This document shows positions 25,453-35,142 of a stretch of DNA of 62,916 bases, one piece after another. The DNA is taken from assembly GCA_016180645.1 (NCBI GenBank), contig JACPAV010000005.1, positions 124,001 through 186,916 on the forward strand, given 5' to 3'. The notes below the pieces were generated by a model. That model ran no database searches and was not told the origin of the DNA. It saw only the letters and a list, made by a program, of their open reading frames with translations. How positions within the stretch are numbered: the first letter of the stretch is position 1; each line of letters begins with the position of its first letter. Both the position numbers and the translations under genes were made by a program. Source of the DNA: Nitrospirota bacterium. GTDB taxonomy: Bacteria > JACPQY01.

Positions 25453-27486
25453 ATGAAATCAGCGCTTCGAAACCTGCTAGGATTGTTCTTGATCGCCACC
25501 GCATTCACCGGCGCCGTCTGCGGAACCGAGACGCCGCCGGACAGCGGTGACATCGAAAAACTCGTTTCCAAACTTTATGTCAATTCGAATGACGCCCAAG
25601 CCCAGCAGGATCTTCTAAAAGCGCTGGCCACCGCGAAATCGGACATCTGCACCACCGACAAGGACGGCAATGGCGTGGTCCCCGCGATGGACGTGGTCAA
25701 TCTGGCCAAGTCGCGGATCAGCAATGCGCCGATCGAAAAGCCGGCGAGCACGAGCGCGACCTCCGATGCCGCGGCCAAAACCAACACGGAACTGTTCCTC
25801 GAGAGAATCTCCGCCGTCTGTCCCGAGCATAAGGCTGAAGCCAATTTCACCAAGACCATGTTCAAGGTCGGCCAAGCCATCGCTCCCATCTCGGATCTCC
25901 TGGGCCTCACTTCCGTCTTCTCCGGCGGAGGTACGCCCGACATCAACAAGCTCATCGGTCCCATCACCGGCATCCTCACTCCCGAAACCCCCTGCGCGGA
26001 CAAAGGGCTCGCCCAGTGCGGCAAAGAAATGTCCGACGCCGTGGACGCCATGGGCGCGGACATCAGCGCCAAGACCTACGAGCTCACGGACGTGACGGTC
26101 ACCGTGGACACGACCACCGCCAACCTCAGCGGCAAGTATAATGAAGCGACGCTGCGCACGATCGGCGCGGTGGGATCCATGGTCCACGGCCTCTTCTACT
26201 TCCTCGCCGCCCACGTGGATCTCACGGCACTCCTCCCGGAAATCACTCCCCTGATTCCTCTCTTCACCGGCGGCGGCCTCGGCTTCGATACGGCCGGCCA
26301 AATTCTCACCACGGTCGACGCCTTGGACGGGGTGATCGTAAAGGTCCTCGAAGGTCCGATTGACCCGACCACGCGCGCCGTCAGCTCGGCCGGTTCCGAA
26401 AAACTGGCGACCTCGCGCGACAGCACGGCCCAGGCCATCAAGTGGATCAATGAAGACGGCAAGTCCAAGCCCGTCATCATCACCGCCGTCGAACAGAGCA
26501 AGGAAGACGGCCTCGGTGTCCGTTTCTACGATGACAACGGCAACGCCACCCTCGATGGATGCGACGAAATCCAGGTCAACCTGGGCTTCGTGTCGCAATT
26601 CCTCAGCGACTTCTACATGACCGCGAACGCCGAAGGCTGCACCGGCGGCGTGAGGTCCAGCTCTTTCGAGTTGCCCGCCAAGTCCGGCGACAAGAACATC
26701 GATTACACCAAGCTCTTTTCAGGGGCAGCCGCAACCCTCTCCCAGTTCCAGAGCGCCGTGTCCAACAAGAGCCTGCCCATCGCGGCACGCGACCTCAATA
26801 CGATCCTTGTGGCCGTCGGCGAAGATGAGATCAAGGATGTCTTCCAGATCTATCCCGGCGTCGTCTTCGAGTCCGGCCTGAGCTTCATGACACCCGGCAA
26901 ACCCGGCACGGCTGCCGGCAAAGCCAGCGCCCTCAAGGACTACTTCGAAATGGAAATCAGCGCGGATGCCCCGGCCTGTCCGGATGGGAAGACCAAGGAC
27001 GGCGCGTTTGTCTGCAAGAGCAAGGACGGCAAGTCCGACCAATCGAAGCTCATCTCCCGGGGCGACGCCGATCATTTCGGCGGCGCGGTGACCAAGGACA
27101 GCATCTACGTCACCGAGAAGCTCCTGGATGTGAATGCAAAGAAAGCGGACGACACCTTCCGCGCGGCCGAGGGCGGCGGTTTCCTGCCCTACCTCCTCTT
27201 CAAGAACGCCGACCTCAAGGGCTTCGCGAAGGTCTCCAACACTCTGATCACCGAAATGACCACCGCTGTCGCCGACGCCGAGGCGGACGGCATCTGCAAG
27301 AGGAAAATCGCGCAGACATCCGGGAGCATGGTGCCCGTCGATGCCCGGTTCATGAATGCGCTGATCAACTTCGGCCTCGTTCAGTCCATGGCCTGCGGAG
27401 TAGACAGCCAGCTCGGCGGCCTGCTCGGCGGCATGGATATTTCAAGCGGCCTCTCCATTCCGGGCCTGACGGCGAGCGCCCGATAA
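25453..27486 (+). CDS. Large secreted protein, probable lipoprotein, function unknown (677 aa)
   Basis: GGGAGG RBS before ATG 25453; signal peptide ending GAVC; strong GC3 codon bias. Confidence 0.75.
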   Translation: MKSALRNLLGLFLIATAFTGAVCGTETPPDSGDIEKLVSKLYVNSNDAQAQQDLLKALATAKSDICTTDKDGNGVVPAMDVVNLAKSRISNAPIEKPASTSATSDAAAKTNTELFLERISAVCPEHKAEANFTKTMFKVGQAIAPISDLLGLTSVFSGGGTPDINKLIGPITGILTPETPCADKGLAQCGKEMSDAVDAMGADISAKTYELTDVTVTVDTTTANLSGKYNEATLRTIGAVGSMVHGLFYFLAAHVDLTALLPEITPLIPLFTGGGLGFDTAGQILTTVDALDGVIVKVLEGPIDPTTRAVSSAGSEKLATSRDSTAQAIKWINEDGKSKPVIITAVEQSKEDGLGVRFYDDNGNATLDGCDEIQVNLGFVSQFLSDFYMTANAEGCTGGVRSSSFELPAKSGDKNIDYTKLFSGAAATLSQFQSAVSNKSLPIAARDLNTILVAVGEDEIKDVFQIYPGVVFESGLSFMTPGKPGTAAGKASALKDYFEMEISADAPACPDGKTKDGAFVCKSKDGKSDQSKLISRGDADHFGGAVTKDSIYVTEKLLDVNAKKADDTFRAAEGGGFLPYLLFKNADLKGFAKVSNTLITEMTTAVADAEADGICKRKIAQTSGSMVPVDARFMNALINFGLVQSMACGVDSQLGGLLGGMDISSGLSIPGLTASAR

Positions 27487-27610
27487 CCCGAGGGGAAGCT
27501 ACAGAAGTCAGTCATCCCACCCTGGCCCCGGCTCAAGCGTGCCCCTCCGCTGCCGGGGCCTGGCCCCTTCCCGCCACGGGACGTGGCGCGTGAAGCCTGA
27601 ATCGTAAATC

Positions 27611-28591
27611 GTGAATCGAAAATCGAGAACCCGACCCTTCCTCGCTCTCCTCGGCGTGCTTGCCACGCCGCTGTTACCGATTCTCGATTCTCGATTCTCG
27701 TCCTCGACGTCCGCCTCGGAGGCTCGCACGATCGACACCATAGTGGCCGTAGTCAACGGCGAACCGATCACCTACTACGATCTGAAAACAACTTATGCCT
27801 TCGCCCAGGGTGAAGCGGCTCCCGCCCAGCCCAATCCACGAGATCCCACCAGCCGCCCCCTGCGCGCATTCCTCGAACAGCTCATCAACGACAAGATCAT
27901 CGCCCAGGAGGTTGCCAAGCGGGGAATCCGCGTCACGGAGGAAGAGGTCGCCGAGCAGATTCGTCACATCCGCCGGCAAAACAACCTGACGGAAGAGGCC
28001 TTCCGGATGGCCCTCCAGGACCAGGGCATCACGTTCGATATCTACCGCGAGAAAATGGCCGAAGAAATGCGGAAAGGGCGGCTCATCGAAATGGACGTGC
28101 GGTCGCAGATCGACATTACGGACACGATGATCCAGGCCTACTTCGCCCAGCACCAGTCCGATCTCGCCGTGCCCGGCAAAGTCACCCTTTCCAAAATCCT
28201 CCTCAGGAAAGGATCCGCCCGCGTTGCCGAGGTGACCCAAGCGATCAAGGCCGGGAAGGACTTTCAAGAATTGGCCCGAGGCTACTCGGAGGATTCCGTT
28301 ACGGCCTCCCGCGGCGGCCGTGAGAGGCCGAAGGATCTCTCCGACCTGCACCCGCTCATCCGCGAAAAAGTGTCCACCGCGGGCCCAGGAGACATTCTCG
28401 GCCCTCTCGAAATCGACAAGGACGTTTACTTCCTCCGGGTCGAGGATCTCCAACAGAAACGAACGCCGGTGCTCGAAGACGCGCGCGACTCCATTCACCG
28501 GAAGCTCACTCAAGATCAAGTCTACGACAAGCTCCAGGTCTGGATCGACCAGCTTCGCTCCCGCTCGGTGATCGAAGTCTCCTGGGATTGA
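27611..28591 (+). CDS. SurA/PpiC-type peptidyl-prolyl isomerase chaperone
   Basis: IVAVVNGEPIT, LEQLI, FQELARGYSED...GG parvulin motif. Confidence 0.85.
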   Translation: MNRKSRTRPFLALLGVLATPLLPILDSRFSSSTSASEARTIDTIVAVVNGEPITYYDLKTTYAFAQGEAAPAQPNPRDPTSRPLRAFLEQLINDKIIAQEVAKRGIRVTEEEVAEQIRHIRRQNNLTEEAFRMALQDQGITFDIYREKMAEEMRKGRLIEMDVRSQIDITDTMIQAYFAQHQSDLAVPGKVTLSKILLRKGSARVAEVTQAIKAGKDFQELARGYSEDSVTASRGGRERPKDLSDLHPLIREKVSTAGPGDILGPLEIDKDVYFLRVEDLQQKRTPVLEDARDSIHRKLTQDQVYDKLQVWIDQLRSRSVIEVSWD

Positions 28592-28659
28592 CCCTCCTCT
28601 ATCGAGGCTAAGCCCCTCTATAGTGACCCGTCTCCCACTATAGAGGCTTAGCAGGAGGC

Positions 28660-28760
28660 GTAGGGGAGCATCTTCAGATGCTCCCTCTTGTCGGGAGGGT
28701 CTGAAGACCCTCCCCTACTTGCTCCCTCTTCTTGTGAGGGCCTGAAGGCCCTCCCCTACG
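28660..28760. repeat. GTAG-type REP doublet copy 2 plus a third partial REP
   Basis: 28660-28718 is the reverse complement of 6393-6451; followed by GAGGGCCTGAAGGCCCTCCCCTAC. Confidence 0.85.
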
Positions 28761-28857
28761 AAGCTTCTCCTGACCGCCGATCCCTGATTCCTAGCCCCGC
28801 ATCTGACCTCCGTCATGTTTGTAATAGCCTCCCCTGTGATGATCTAATGGTGTGACC

Positions 28858-29670
28858 ATGCACGACACGGACCTCTTTCTCGCCGCCGGCGTCTGCTATG
28901 CCCTGGGTACCGTCGGCTACCTCCTCTACCTCGCGAAACTCTCGGTTTCGATGAAAACGCTGGGGTTCGGCGGCGTCCTCGCCGGACTCATCGTACAGCT
29001 CGTGGCCTTCGCCTGGAGGTTTTCTGCTCTGGGCTACCTTCCGATTGCCAGCTTCTACGAGGCCATCGCGTTCTTTCTTTGGTGCCTCCTGGCCATGCTC
29101 GCGGTTTTCCACACGCGCTACAACCTCGCCATCCTGGGCTCGTTTCTGTCGCCGCTGGCCCTGATCTTTCTCGTCCTCGGCGCCACCGCCCACAAGGGGC
29201 CATCACAGGTCCAGATGCCCAGCAATCCCCTCTTCCCTTTTCACGTGGTTCTCTCCTTCCTCGGCGAGGCCGTTTTTACCATCGCCTGCGCCGCGTCCGT
29301 CATGTATCTCATCCAGGAGCGCCAGCTCAAACGCAAACACTTCGGCCCCATCTACCAGCGCCTTCCCTCCCTCTCCATGATTGAACAGCTCAACGCCCAG
29401 TGCCTCTACAGCGGATTTGTGCTCCTCTCGGTCGGGGTGGCCCTCGGATTCATCATGGCCCGTCAGGAGTGGGGGCAGTTCTGGACGTGGGACCCCAAGC
29501 TGGTCTTCAGCACCGCCCTGTGGGCGCTCATCGCCTTGGCCCTCATTACTCGCCGCCTCCAGGGTTGGACGGGACGACGGTCCGCCGTCTTTATCCTCTT
29601 CACCTTCGTGGCCGTCCTGATGACCTTCATGGGCGTCAATTTCATGAGCGACCGTCACCGCTTCGGGTAA
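28858..29670 (+). CDS. ccsA: Cytochrome c biogenesis protein CcsA/HemX family
   Basis: Multi-TM, YLIQERQLK, RLPSL, WTWDPK. Confidence 0.85.
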   Translation: MHDTDLFLAAGVCYALGTVGYLLYLAKLSVSMKTLGFGGVLAGLIVQLVAFAWRFSALGYLPIASFYEAIAFFLWCLLAMLAVFHTRYNLAILGSFLSPLALIFLVLGATAHKGPSQVQMPSNPLFPFHVVLSFLGEAVFTIACAASVMYLIQERQLKRKHFGPIYQRLPSLSMIEQLNAQCLYSGFVLLSVGVALGFIMARQEWGQFWTWDPKLVFSTALWALIALALITRRLQGWTGRRSAVFILFTFVAVLMTFMGVNFMSDRHRFG

Positions 29671-29671
29671 G

Positions 29672-30994
29672 GTGGAGCTGTCTCTTCTGCTCGTCGGCAT
29701 CAATCACAAGACCTCGGACATCGAGATCCGCGAGAAGCTCTATTTCACCGAGGACCGCGCCCGATCCTTCCTCCGAACCCTGCCCGCCGACCTTCCTTCG
29801 GCGAAGGAAAGCGTCCTCATCTCCACGTGCAATCGCACGGAATGCTATTTCATGACGAGCCATTCTGATGACACCGCTTCCGCGCTGCTCCGTCGGCTCG
29901 GCAACGGAATACCCCGCATCGAGGAGCTCTTGAACGGCTCCGCCTATCGTTGGTCCGGACTGCAAGCCATGGAGCACCTGTTCTCCGTCACCTCCAGCCT
30001 CGATTCCATGCTCCCCGGAGAGACCCAGATCACCGGCCAAGTGCGCGACGCCTATCGATGGGCCCACGAGGAAGGAACCGTGGGCTACTACATGCACAAG
30101 ACCTTCCAGAAGGCCCTTCAAGTGGCCAAGCGCGTCCGGCGTGAAACCCGAATCGGCGAGAACGTGGTCAGCCTGAGTCATGCCGCCGTCGAACTGGCCC
30201 GAAAAGTGTTCGCGGACTTCTCCGAACGCACGCTTCTCGTTATCGGAACGGGAGAAATGGGGGAATTGGCCGCCCATCAGGCGAGGAAGCAGCAGGTGAA
30301 GAAATTGATCGTCACGAGCCGCACCGAGCAACGCGCGGCTGCGCTCGCTTCTCAAACCGGCGGCATCCCACACTCGATCACCGAGTTGGAAAGCCTTCTT
30401 CGGGAGTGCGACCTCGTCATTGCCTCCGCGGCCGCCCCCGAGCCGATGGTCACGACGGAGATGGTCCGCCGCATCCTTCCCCACCGAAGGGGCCGGACGC
30501 TGGTGCTGATCGATCTCGGCATGCCGCGCAACATCCAAGCCGATATCCACACCCTGGAAAACGTATACGTGTACGATCTCGACGATCTCCAGCAGATCAT
30601 TCACGACAGCCTGACGCTCCGCCAGGAGGAAGCGGCCAAGGGCCGACTTATCGTGCACGAGGCGGCAGAATCCTTCATGGGCCAGTTTCATTCGCAGGAT
30701 ATCGAACAGGTCATCGTCTTCTTCCGCCAGAAGCTGGAGGCCATCGGCAAGAAGGAACTTGATCGATTCCTCCCCAAAATGGATGGCCTTTCGCCGGAGC
30801 AGAAGGAACTCGTCCAAAACGTCACGCATAACATCGTCCAGAAGGTTCTCCACGAGCCGATCACCCGCTTGAAACAGGAATCTTCCCAAGGATCCGGTCT
30901 GGGCGGTCCCGATGCACCCAGCTCACGCGAGACGGCTTCGAAGGACTGGCTCAAGGAGGCGCTCGTGGAACTGTTCAACCTCAAGCCTTCGTGA
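29672..30994 (+). CDS. hemA: Glutamyl-tRNA reductase
   Basis: GINHKT, STCNRTE, SLDSM.GETQI, GTGEMG, DLGMPRNI. Confidence 0.95.
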   Translation: MELSLLLVGINHKTSDIEIREKLYFTEDRARSFLRTLPADLPSAKESVLISTCNRTECYFMTSHSDDTASALLRRLGNGIPRIEELLNGSAYRWSGLQAMEHLFSVTSSLDSMLPGETQITGQVRDAYRWAHEEGTVGYYMHKTFQKALQVAKRVRRETRIGENVVSLSHAAVELARKVFADFSERTLLVIGTGEMGELAAHQARKQQVKKLIVTSRTEQRAAALASQTGGIPHSITELESLLRECDLVIASAAAPEPMVTTEMVRRILPHRRGRTLVLIDLGMPRNIQADIHTLENVYVYDLDDLQQIIHDSLTLRQEEAAKGRLIVHEAAESFMGQFHSQDIEQVIVFFRQKLEAIGKKELDRFLPKMDGLSPEQKELVQNVTHNIVQKVLHEPITRLKQESSQGSGLGGPDAPSSRETASKDWLKEALVELFNLKPS

Positions 30995-31953
30995 CCCCGT
31001 CCACCGTTCTCATCGGAACCCGTGGGAGCACCCTTGCCCTCACCCAAAGCCGTGCGCTGATCGAACGCATTCAGGCGAAGTTCCCTCACATTCGATTTGA
31101 ACTGAAGGTAATCAAGACACAATCGGATCGCATGCCGGACGTCCCCTTGAGCGAATTCGGCGGAAAGGGACTGTTCATCAAGGAAATCGAGGAGGCCCTG
31201 CTGCGACACGAGATCGCCCTCGGCATCCACAGCCTCAAGGACATGACCGCCGAGACCACCGCCGGCCTCGGGATTCTGGGCGTAACCGAACGCGAAGATC
31301 CGCGCGACTGCGTGATTTCGTACGGACGCCGTCTCTTCCGGGACTTGCCGAAAGGAGCCCGCGTTGGCACATCCAGTTTGAGACGAACCCTGCTGGCCCA
31401 TGCGCTGAGGCCCGATGTGCAATACGTTCCCCTGCGGGGCAACGTGGATACGAGAATTCGCAAGGCCGCATCGGGCGAAGTCGACGCCGTCATCCTCGCC
31501 TTTGCTGCTCTGAAGCGGCTGGGCCGCCAGGATGAAGCCACCGAGTGGTTCGATCCGGAAACCTTCATCCCCGCCGCGGGACAAGGACGGCTGGCCGTGG
31601 AGGGACGCGTCGGCGATCCCGATGCCCTCGCCTGGGCGAAGGCCGTCGATGATCCTTCAGAACACCTCTGCTGGAAGGCTGAGCAGGCTTTTCTCTTGAG
31701 GCTCGAAGGCGGCTGCAAGATTCCGCTCGGCTCACACGCCATCCTGCGCGACGGCAGGATCTTCTTGCGCGTCGTGAAGGGGACTCAGATCGGCGAGCCT
31801 TTGTACCGTGCAGAAGGGTGGGGTTCGGCGGACGAGCCGGAAGCCCTCGGAATACGGCTGGCCGAAGACGTCCTCCGCCAGGAACCATCGAGGCTAAGCC
31901 TCGATGGCGGCTATCGAGGCTTAGCCTCGATAGCCGGGAAGCCACGTGGCTAG
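30991..31953 (+). CDS. hemC: Hydroxymethylbilane synthase
   Basis: GTRGSTLALTQ, GGKGLFIKE, HSLKD, LRGNVDTR, LEGGC. Confidence 0.95.
   Translation: MTPSTVLIGTRGSTLALTQSRALIERIQAKFPHIRFELKVIKTQSDRMPDVPLSEFGGKGLFIKEIEEALLRHEIALGIHSLKDMTAETTAGLGILGVTEREDPRDCVISYGRRLFRDLPKGARVGTSSLRRTLLAHALRPDVQYVPLRGNVDTRIRKAASGEVDAVILAFAALKRLGRQDEATEWFDPETFIPAAGQGRLAVEGRVGDPDALAWAKAVDDPSEHLCWKAEQAFLLRLEGGCKIPLGSHAILRDGRIFLRVVKGTQIGEPLYRAEGWGSADEPEALGIRLAEDVLRQEPSRLSLDGGYRGLASIAGKPRG
31887..31935. repeat. Tandem ATCGAGGCTWAGCCTCGAT palindromes in the hemC 3' end
   Basis: Two palindromic copies; related sequence at about 28598-28652. Confidence 0.7.
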
Positions 31954-33544
31954 ACCGCCGGCAGGACGCCGCAGCGGTTCCGGAAGCGACCAGGACGGTC
32001 GACCCGGCCCGCCCGGCAAAGTCTACCTCGTCGGCGCCGGACCCGGTGACCCAGGGCTCATTACCCTGAAGGGGATGGAATGCATCCGAAAAGCCGATGT
32101 GGTTCTCTACGATGCACTCATCCCCCAATCGCTTTTGGCCGGTGCGCCACCCCACGCCAAGCTGGTCTACGTGGGCAAACGATCAGGTCCCGGTCCGCGC
32201 GTGCAGGAGAAACGCCAGCAGACGGCCGAGAACCTGATGATCCGCCACGCGCGTCGGGGAGGGACTGTCGTGAGGCTCAAGGGAGGCGACCCCTTCGTGT
32301 TCGGTCGAGGAGGCGAGGAGGCCGAAACGCTCCGCCGCCATCGGATTCCCGTCGAATTCGTTCCCGGCGTCACCTCGGCAATTGCCGCCCCGGCGGCGGC
32401 CGGAATTCCCGTGACACACAGGCAGCATGCCTCCTCGGTCCTCTTCCTCACAGGCCATGAGGACGGCGGAAAACCTCTTTCTCACCAACACCTGCGAATG
32501 CTCGCCGGGTTCGACGGTACCCTTGTGCTCCTCATGGCGCTCCGGGCGCTCCCGGATCTGGTCAAAGATTTGATCGAAGCCGGTAAGTCCCCGGACACAC
32601 CCTCCGCCGCCATTCAATGGGGCACGACCCCCATGCAGAAATCGGCATTCGCCCCTCTTGGCCGGCTCCCTGCGGAAGTCAGCCGCATGGGCATTGGCCG
32701 CCCTTGTGTCATCGTCATCGGTCCCGTCACACGTCTTGCAACCCGTTTGCGGTGGCTGGAGTCCAAGCCGCTCTTCGGAAAAACCATTCTCGTCACCCGC
32801 CCCATGGACCAGTCCACCGCCCTCATGGCCTCGCTGGAGGACGCGGGAGCCCGTGTCCTCGCCTGCCCCACGATTCGGATTGAACCGCTCGCCATCGGGG
32901 CCGCTCTCCGCCAGGCGTTCCGGTCCCTCGACAAGTACAATTACATCATTTTCACCAGCGCGAATGGCGTGCGCCTTTTCTTCGATCGGCTGGCGAAATC
33001 CAAGCGCGACATCCGGGACCTCCACCGCGCCCATACCGTGGCCATCGGACCGGAAACGGCCAAGGCCCTCCAGTCCACAGGGATCCACACGGATGTGCTT
33101 GCCGACGATTTCATCGCCGAGGGAATCCTGTCCAAGCTCAAGGGACCCCACATCGCCGGGAGCCGCATCCTCATCCCAAGGGCAATCGAAGCACGTGAGG
33201 TGCTTCCGGAAACCTTGCGCCGCAGGGGCGCCCGCGTCGATATCGTTCCCCTCTATCGGGCCATTCCCGAACCGGGTCTTCGGTCGCGCATACGCGGAAT
33301 CTTCGACACCGAATCCATCGACTGCGTCACCTTCACCAGTTCCTCCACGGCGACCCACTTCTTTACGCATGCGCCGCCATCTCTCCTCACCCGCCGTCCG
33401 CGATTCCTCGCGGGATCGATCGGTCCCATCACAACCCGCACCATCCGCTCGCACTACTCCGGTCCGATCCTCACCGCCTCCGTCCACACCGCCCAGGGGC
33501 TTGTCGACGCCCTCATTCGGCGGTTTCGGAAACGCCGCCCATGA
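31946..33544 (+). CDS. cobA: Uroporphyrinogen-III C-methyltransferase / synthase fusion (CobA-HemD)
   Basis: VGAGPGDPGL, RLKGGDPFVFGRGGEE, then PLFGKTILVTRP, FTSANGV, FTSSST. Confidence 0.93.
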   Translation: MARPPAGRRSGSGSDQDGRPGPPGKVYLVGAGPGDPGLITLKGMECIRKADVVLYDALIPQSLLAGAPPHAKLVYVGKRSGPGPRVQEKRQQTAENLMIRHARRGGTVVRLKGGDPFVFGRGGEEAETLRRHRIPVEFVPGVTSAIAAPAAAGIPVTHRQHASSVLFLTGHEDGGKPLSHQHLRMLAGFDGTLVLLMALRALPDLVKDLIEAGKSPDTPSAAIQWGTTPMQKSAFAPLGRLPAEVSRMGIGRPCVIVIGPVTRLATRLRWLESKPLFGKTILVTRPMDQSTALMASLEDAGARVLACPTIRIEPLAIGAALRQAFRSLDKYNYIIFTSANGVRLFFDRLAKSKRDIRDLHRAHTVAIGPETAKALQSTGIHTDVLADDFIAEGILSKLKGPHIAGSRILIPRAIEAREVLPETLRRRGARVDIVPLYRAIPEPGLRSRIRGIFDTESIDCVTFTSSSTATHFFTHAPPSLLTRRPRFLAGSIGPITTRTIRSHYSGPILTASVHTAQGLVDALIRRFRKRRP

Positions 33545-33605
33545 CCCCGCGCCGCTCCTTCTTCCTTTCGACTCACGATTTACGATTCACGACTCACGTC
33601 TTGAA

Positions 33606-34544
33606 ATGAGCCTCCACAAACGCAAACAAGTCCTCCTCACCTTCGATAGTTTCGGCGACCTCCCCACCCTCGCGCATATCGCGTTTCAAGTCATCGCCGT
33701 CGTCAGCCAGGATAACAGCTCGATGCGCGACGTGGCCCGCCTCGTCATGCAGGATCCGCCTCTCGCGGGCCGTGTCCTCCGCGTGGCCAATTCCGTCTAC
33801 TATGGGCTTCGACAACCCGTCAGTTCCATCTCGCAGGCCCTCGTGGTGCTCGGCCTCAACCGGATCAAGGAAATCGTCTCCGGGATCGCGATTCTAAGCT
33901 TATTCCCCACCGTACCAGGAGAGCCGGTATTCGACCGCGCCCGCTTCTGGAACCACTCCGTAGCCACCGCGTTTGTCTCGCGCTATCTCTCCCAGCTCGG
34001 GCGAATCAAGCTCCAGGGTGAAGAGTTCGCCGCCGGCCTCCTCCATGACTTGGGTCTCATCTTCTTCGACCAGTATTTCCACTACGACATCATCGCGGCC
34101 CTCGCCCTCCAGGAAAAACAGAAGCTTCCCCTTTCCCAGGCGGAAACCCGCATCCTCGGCCTCACCCATCCCGAGGCTGGGGCCATGCTGGCCGAACGGT
34201 GGAAACTGCCGGCATCGCTCGTGGATGCGATCCATTTCCACCATGAGCCTTGGAAAGCGAAAATCGAACCCACCCTGGCCGCCTTGGTCCGGATGGCGGA
34301 ACTGATGGCCACGGGTCGCGGCGTCGGATTTGACGAGGCTGAAAAATCCAAGAATCCCCTCGTCGATCCCGCCTGGCAGATCCTCACCCGTCAGCATCCC
34401 GTTTTCGCCAAACTGGACCAGCGCGAGGTCATCGCCCAGTTGGATGAAGTGCTCCAGAAAGCCCAGGAGTTTGTGCGGCTGGTTCAGACCGTGGCGTCTG
34501 AACCGCCTCCCCCCGGCGATGACCTGCTCACCCTCCCGGCCTGA
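33606..34544 (+). CDS. HDOD domain signalling protein
   Basis: LPTL, DPPLAGRVLRVANS, FWNHS, AGLLHDLG, WKLP. Confidence 0.88.
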   Translation: MSLHKRKQVLLTFDSFGDLPTLAHIAFQVIAVVSQDNSSMRDVARLVMQDPPLAGRVLRVANSVYYGLRQPVSSISQALVVLGLNRIKEIVSGIAILSLFPTVPGEPVFDRARFWNHSVATAFVSRYLSQLGRIKLQGEEFAAGLLHDLGLIFFDQYFHYDIIAALALQEKQKLPLSQAETRILGLTHPEAGAMLAERWKLPASLVDAIHFHHEPWKAKIEPTLAALVRMAELMATGRGVGFDEAEKSKNPLVDPAWQILTRQHPVFAKLDQREVIAQLDEVLQKAQEFVRLVQTVASEPPPPGDDLLTLPA

Positions 34545-34623
34545 CCCCACCACCTGCAACAGGCGGCGGAGCGGCCTCCCGATCCCTCGGCTCGCCAGGC
34601 GGGCCGATTGCAGGTGGTGGGGT
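34544..34623. terminator. 16-bp perfect inverted repeat between convergent genes (terminator or small element)
   Basis: ACCCCACCACCTGCAA / TTGCAGGTGGTGGGGT with a 48-nt loop. Confidence 0.5.
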
Positions 34624-34632
34624 GATCCCTCC

Positions 34633-35142
34633 CTAAGCTTCCTTCGCCGCCTCCCCGGGCAGATGTGGCGCACCCGTATCGTAGGTCCGGTATTCGAAAA
34701 GGAATTCGATCTCAACCGCGGATCCCAAGGGCAACTCGGCCACGCCCACGGAAACCCGCGCGTGCTTTCCCCGGTTGCCCAAAACCTGCACGAGAAGGTC
34801 CGACGCGCCGTTCACCACCTTCGCGATCTCGGTGAAATCGGGCGCCGACCGGACGTAGCCCGCCACTTTCACCGTTCGCCTGACCTGTTCCAGATTTCCG
34901 AACTCTTGCTGAAAAATCCCCAATGCGTTCAGAGCGCACAGACGCGCCGCTTTCGTAGCGTCTTCAACGGATACGTCCAGTCCGACGCGCCCCTTGCACG
35001 TCAGCTTTCCATCTTCCATGGGAAGCTGCCCGGAAACAAATACGAATCGGCCCGCCTTCATGGCCGCCACGTAGTTGCCCACCGGCTTCGGCGGGCTCGG
35101 GAGAGCAATGCCCGCCTTTTTCAGGCGCTCTTCGATGGTCAC
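34633..35142 (-). CDS. RidA/YjgF family protein
   Basis: GNYV, VSGQLP, NGASDL, HARVSVGVAELP. Confidence 0.9.
   Translation of the reverse strand: MTIEERLKKAGIALPSPPKPVGNYVAAMKAGRFVFVSGQLPMEDGKLTCKGRVGLDVSVEDATKAARLCALNALGIFQQEFGNLEQVRRTVKVAGYVRSAPDFTEIAKVVNGASDLLVQVLGNRGKHARVSVGVAELPLGSAVEIEFLFEYRTYDTGAPHLPGEAAKEA

Noticed and set aside
32658-33605. N-terminal extension of the HDOD ORF
   Set aside because: Out-of-frame overlap with cobA-hemD; the domain begins at ATG 33606
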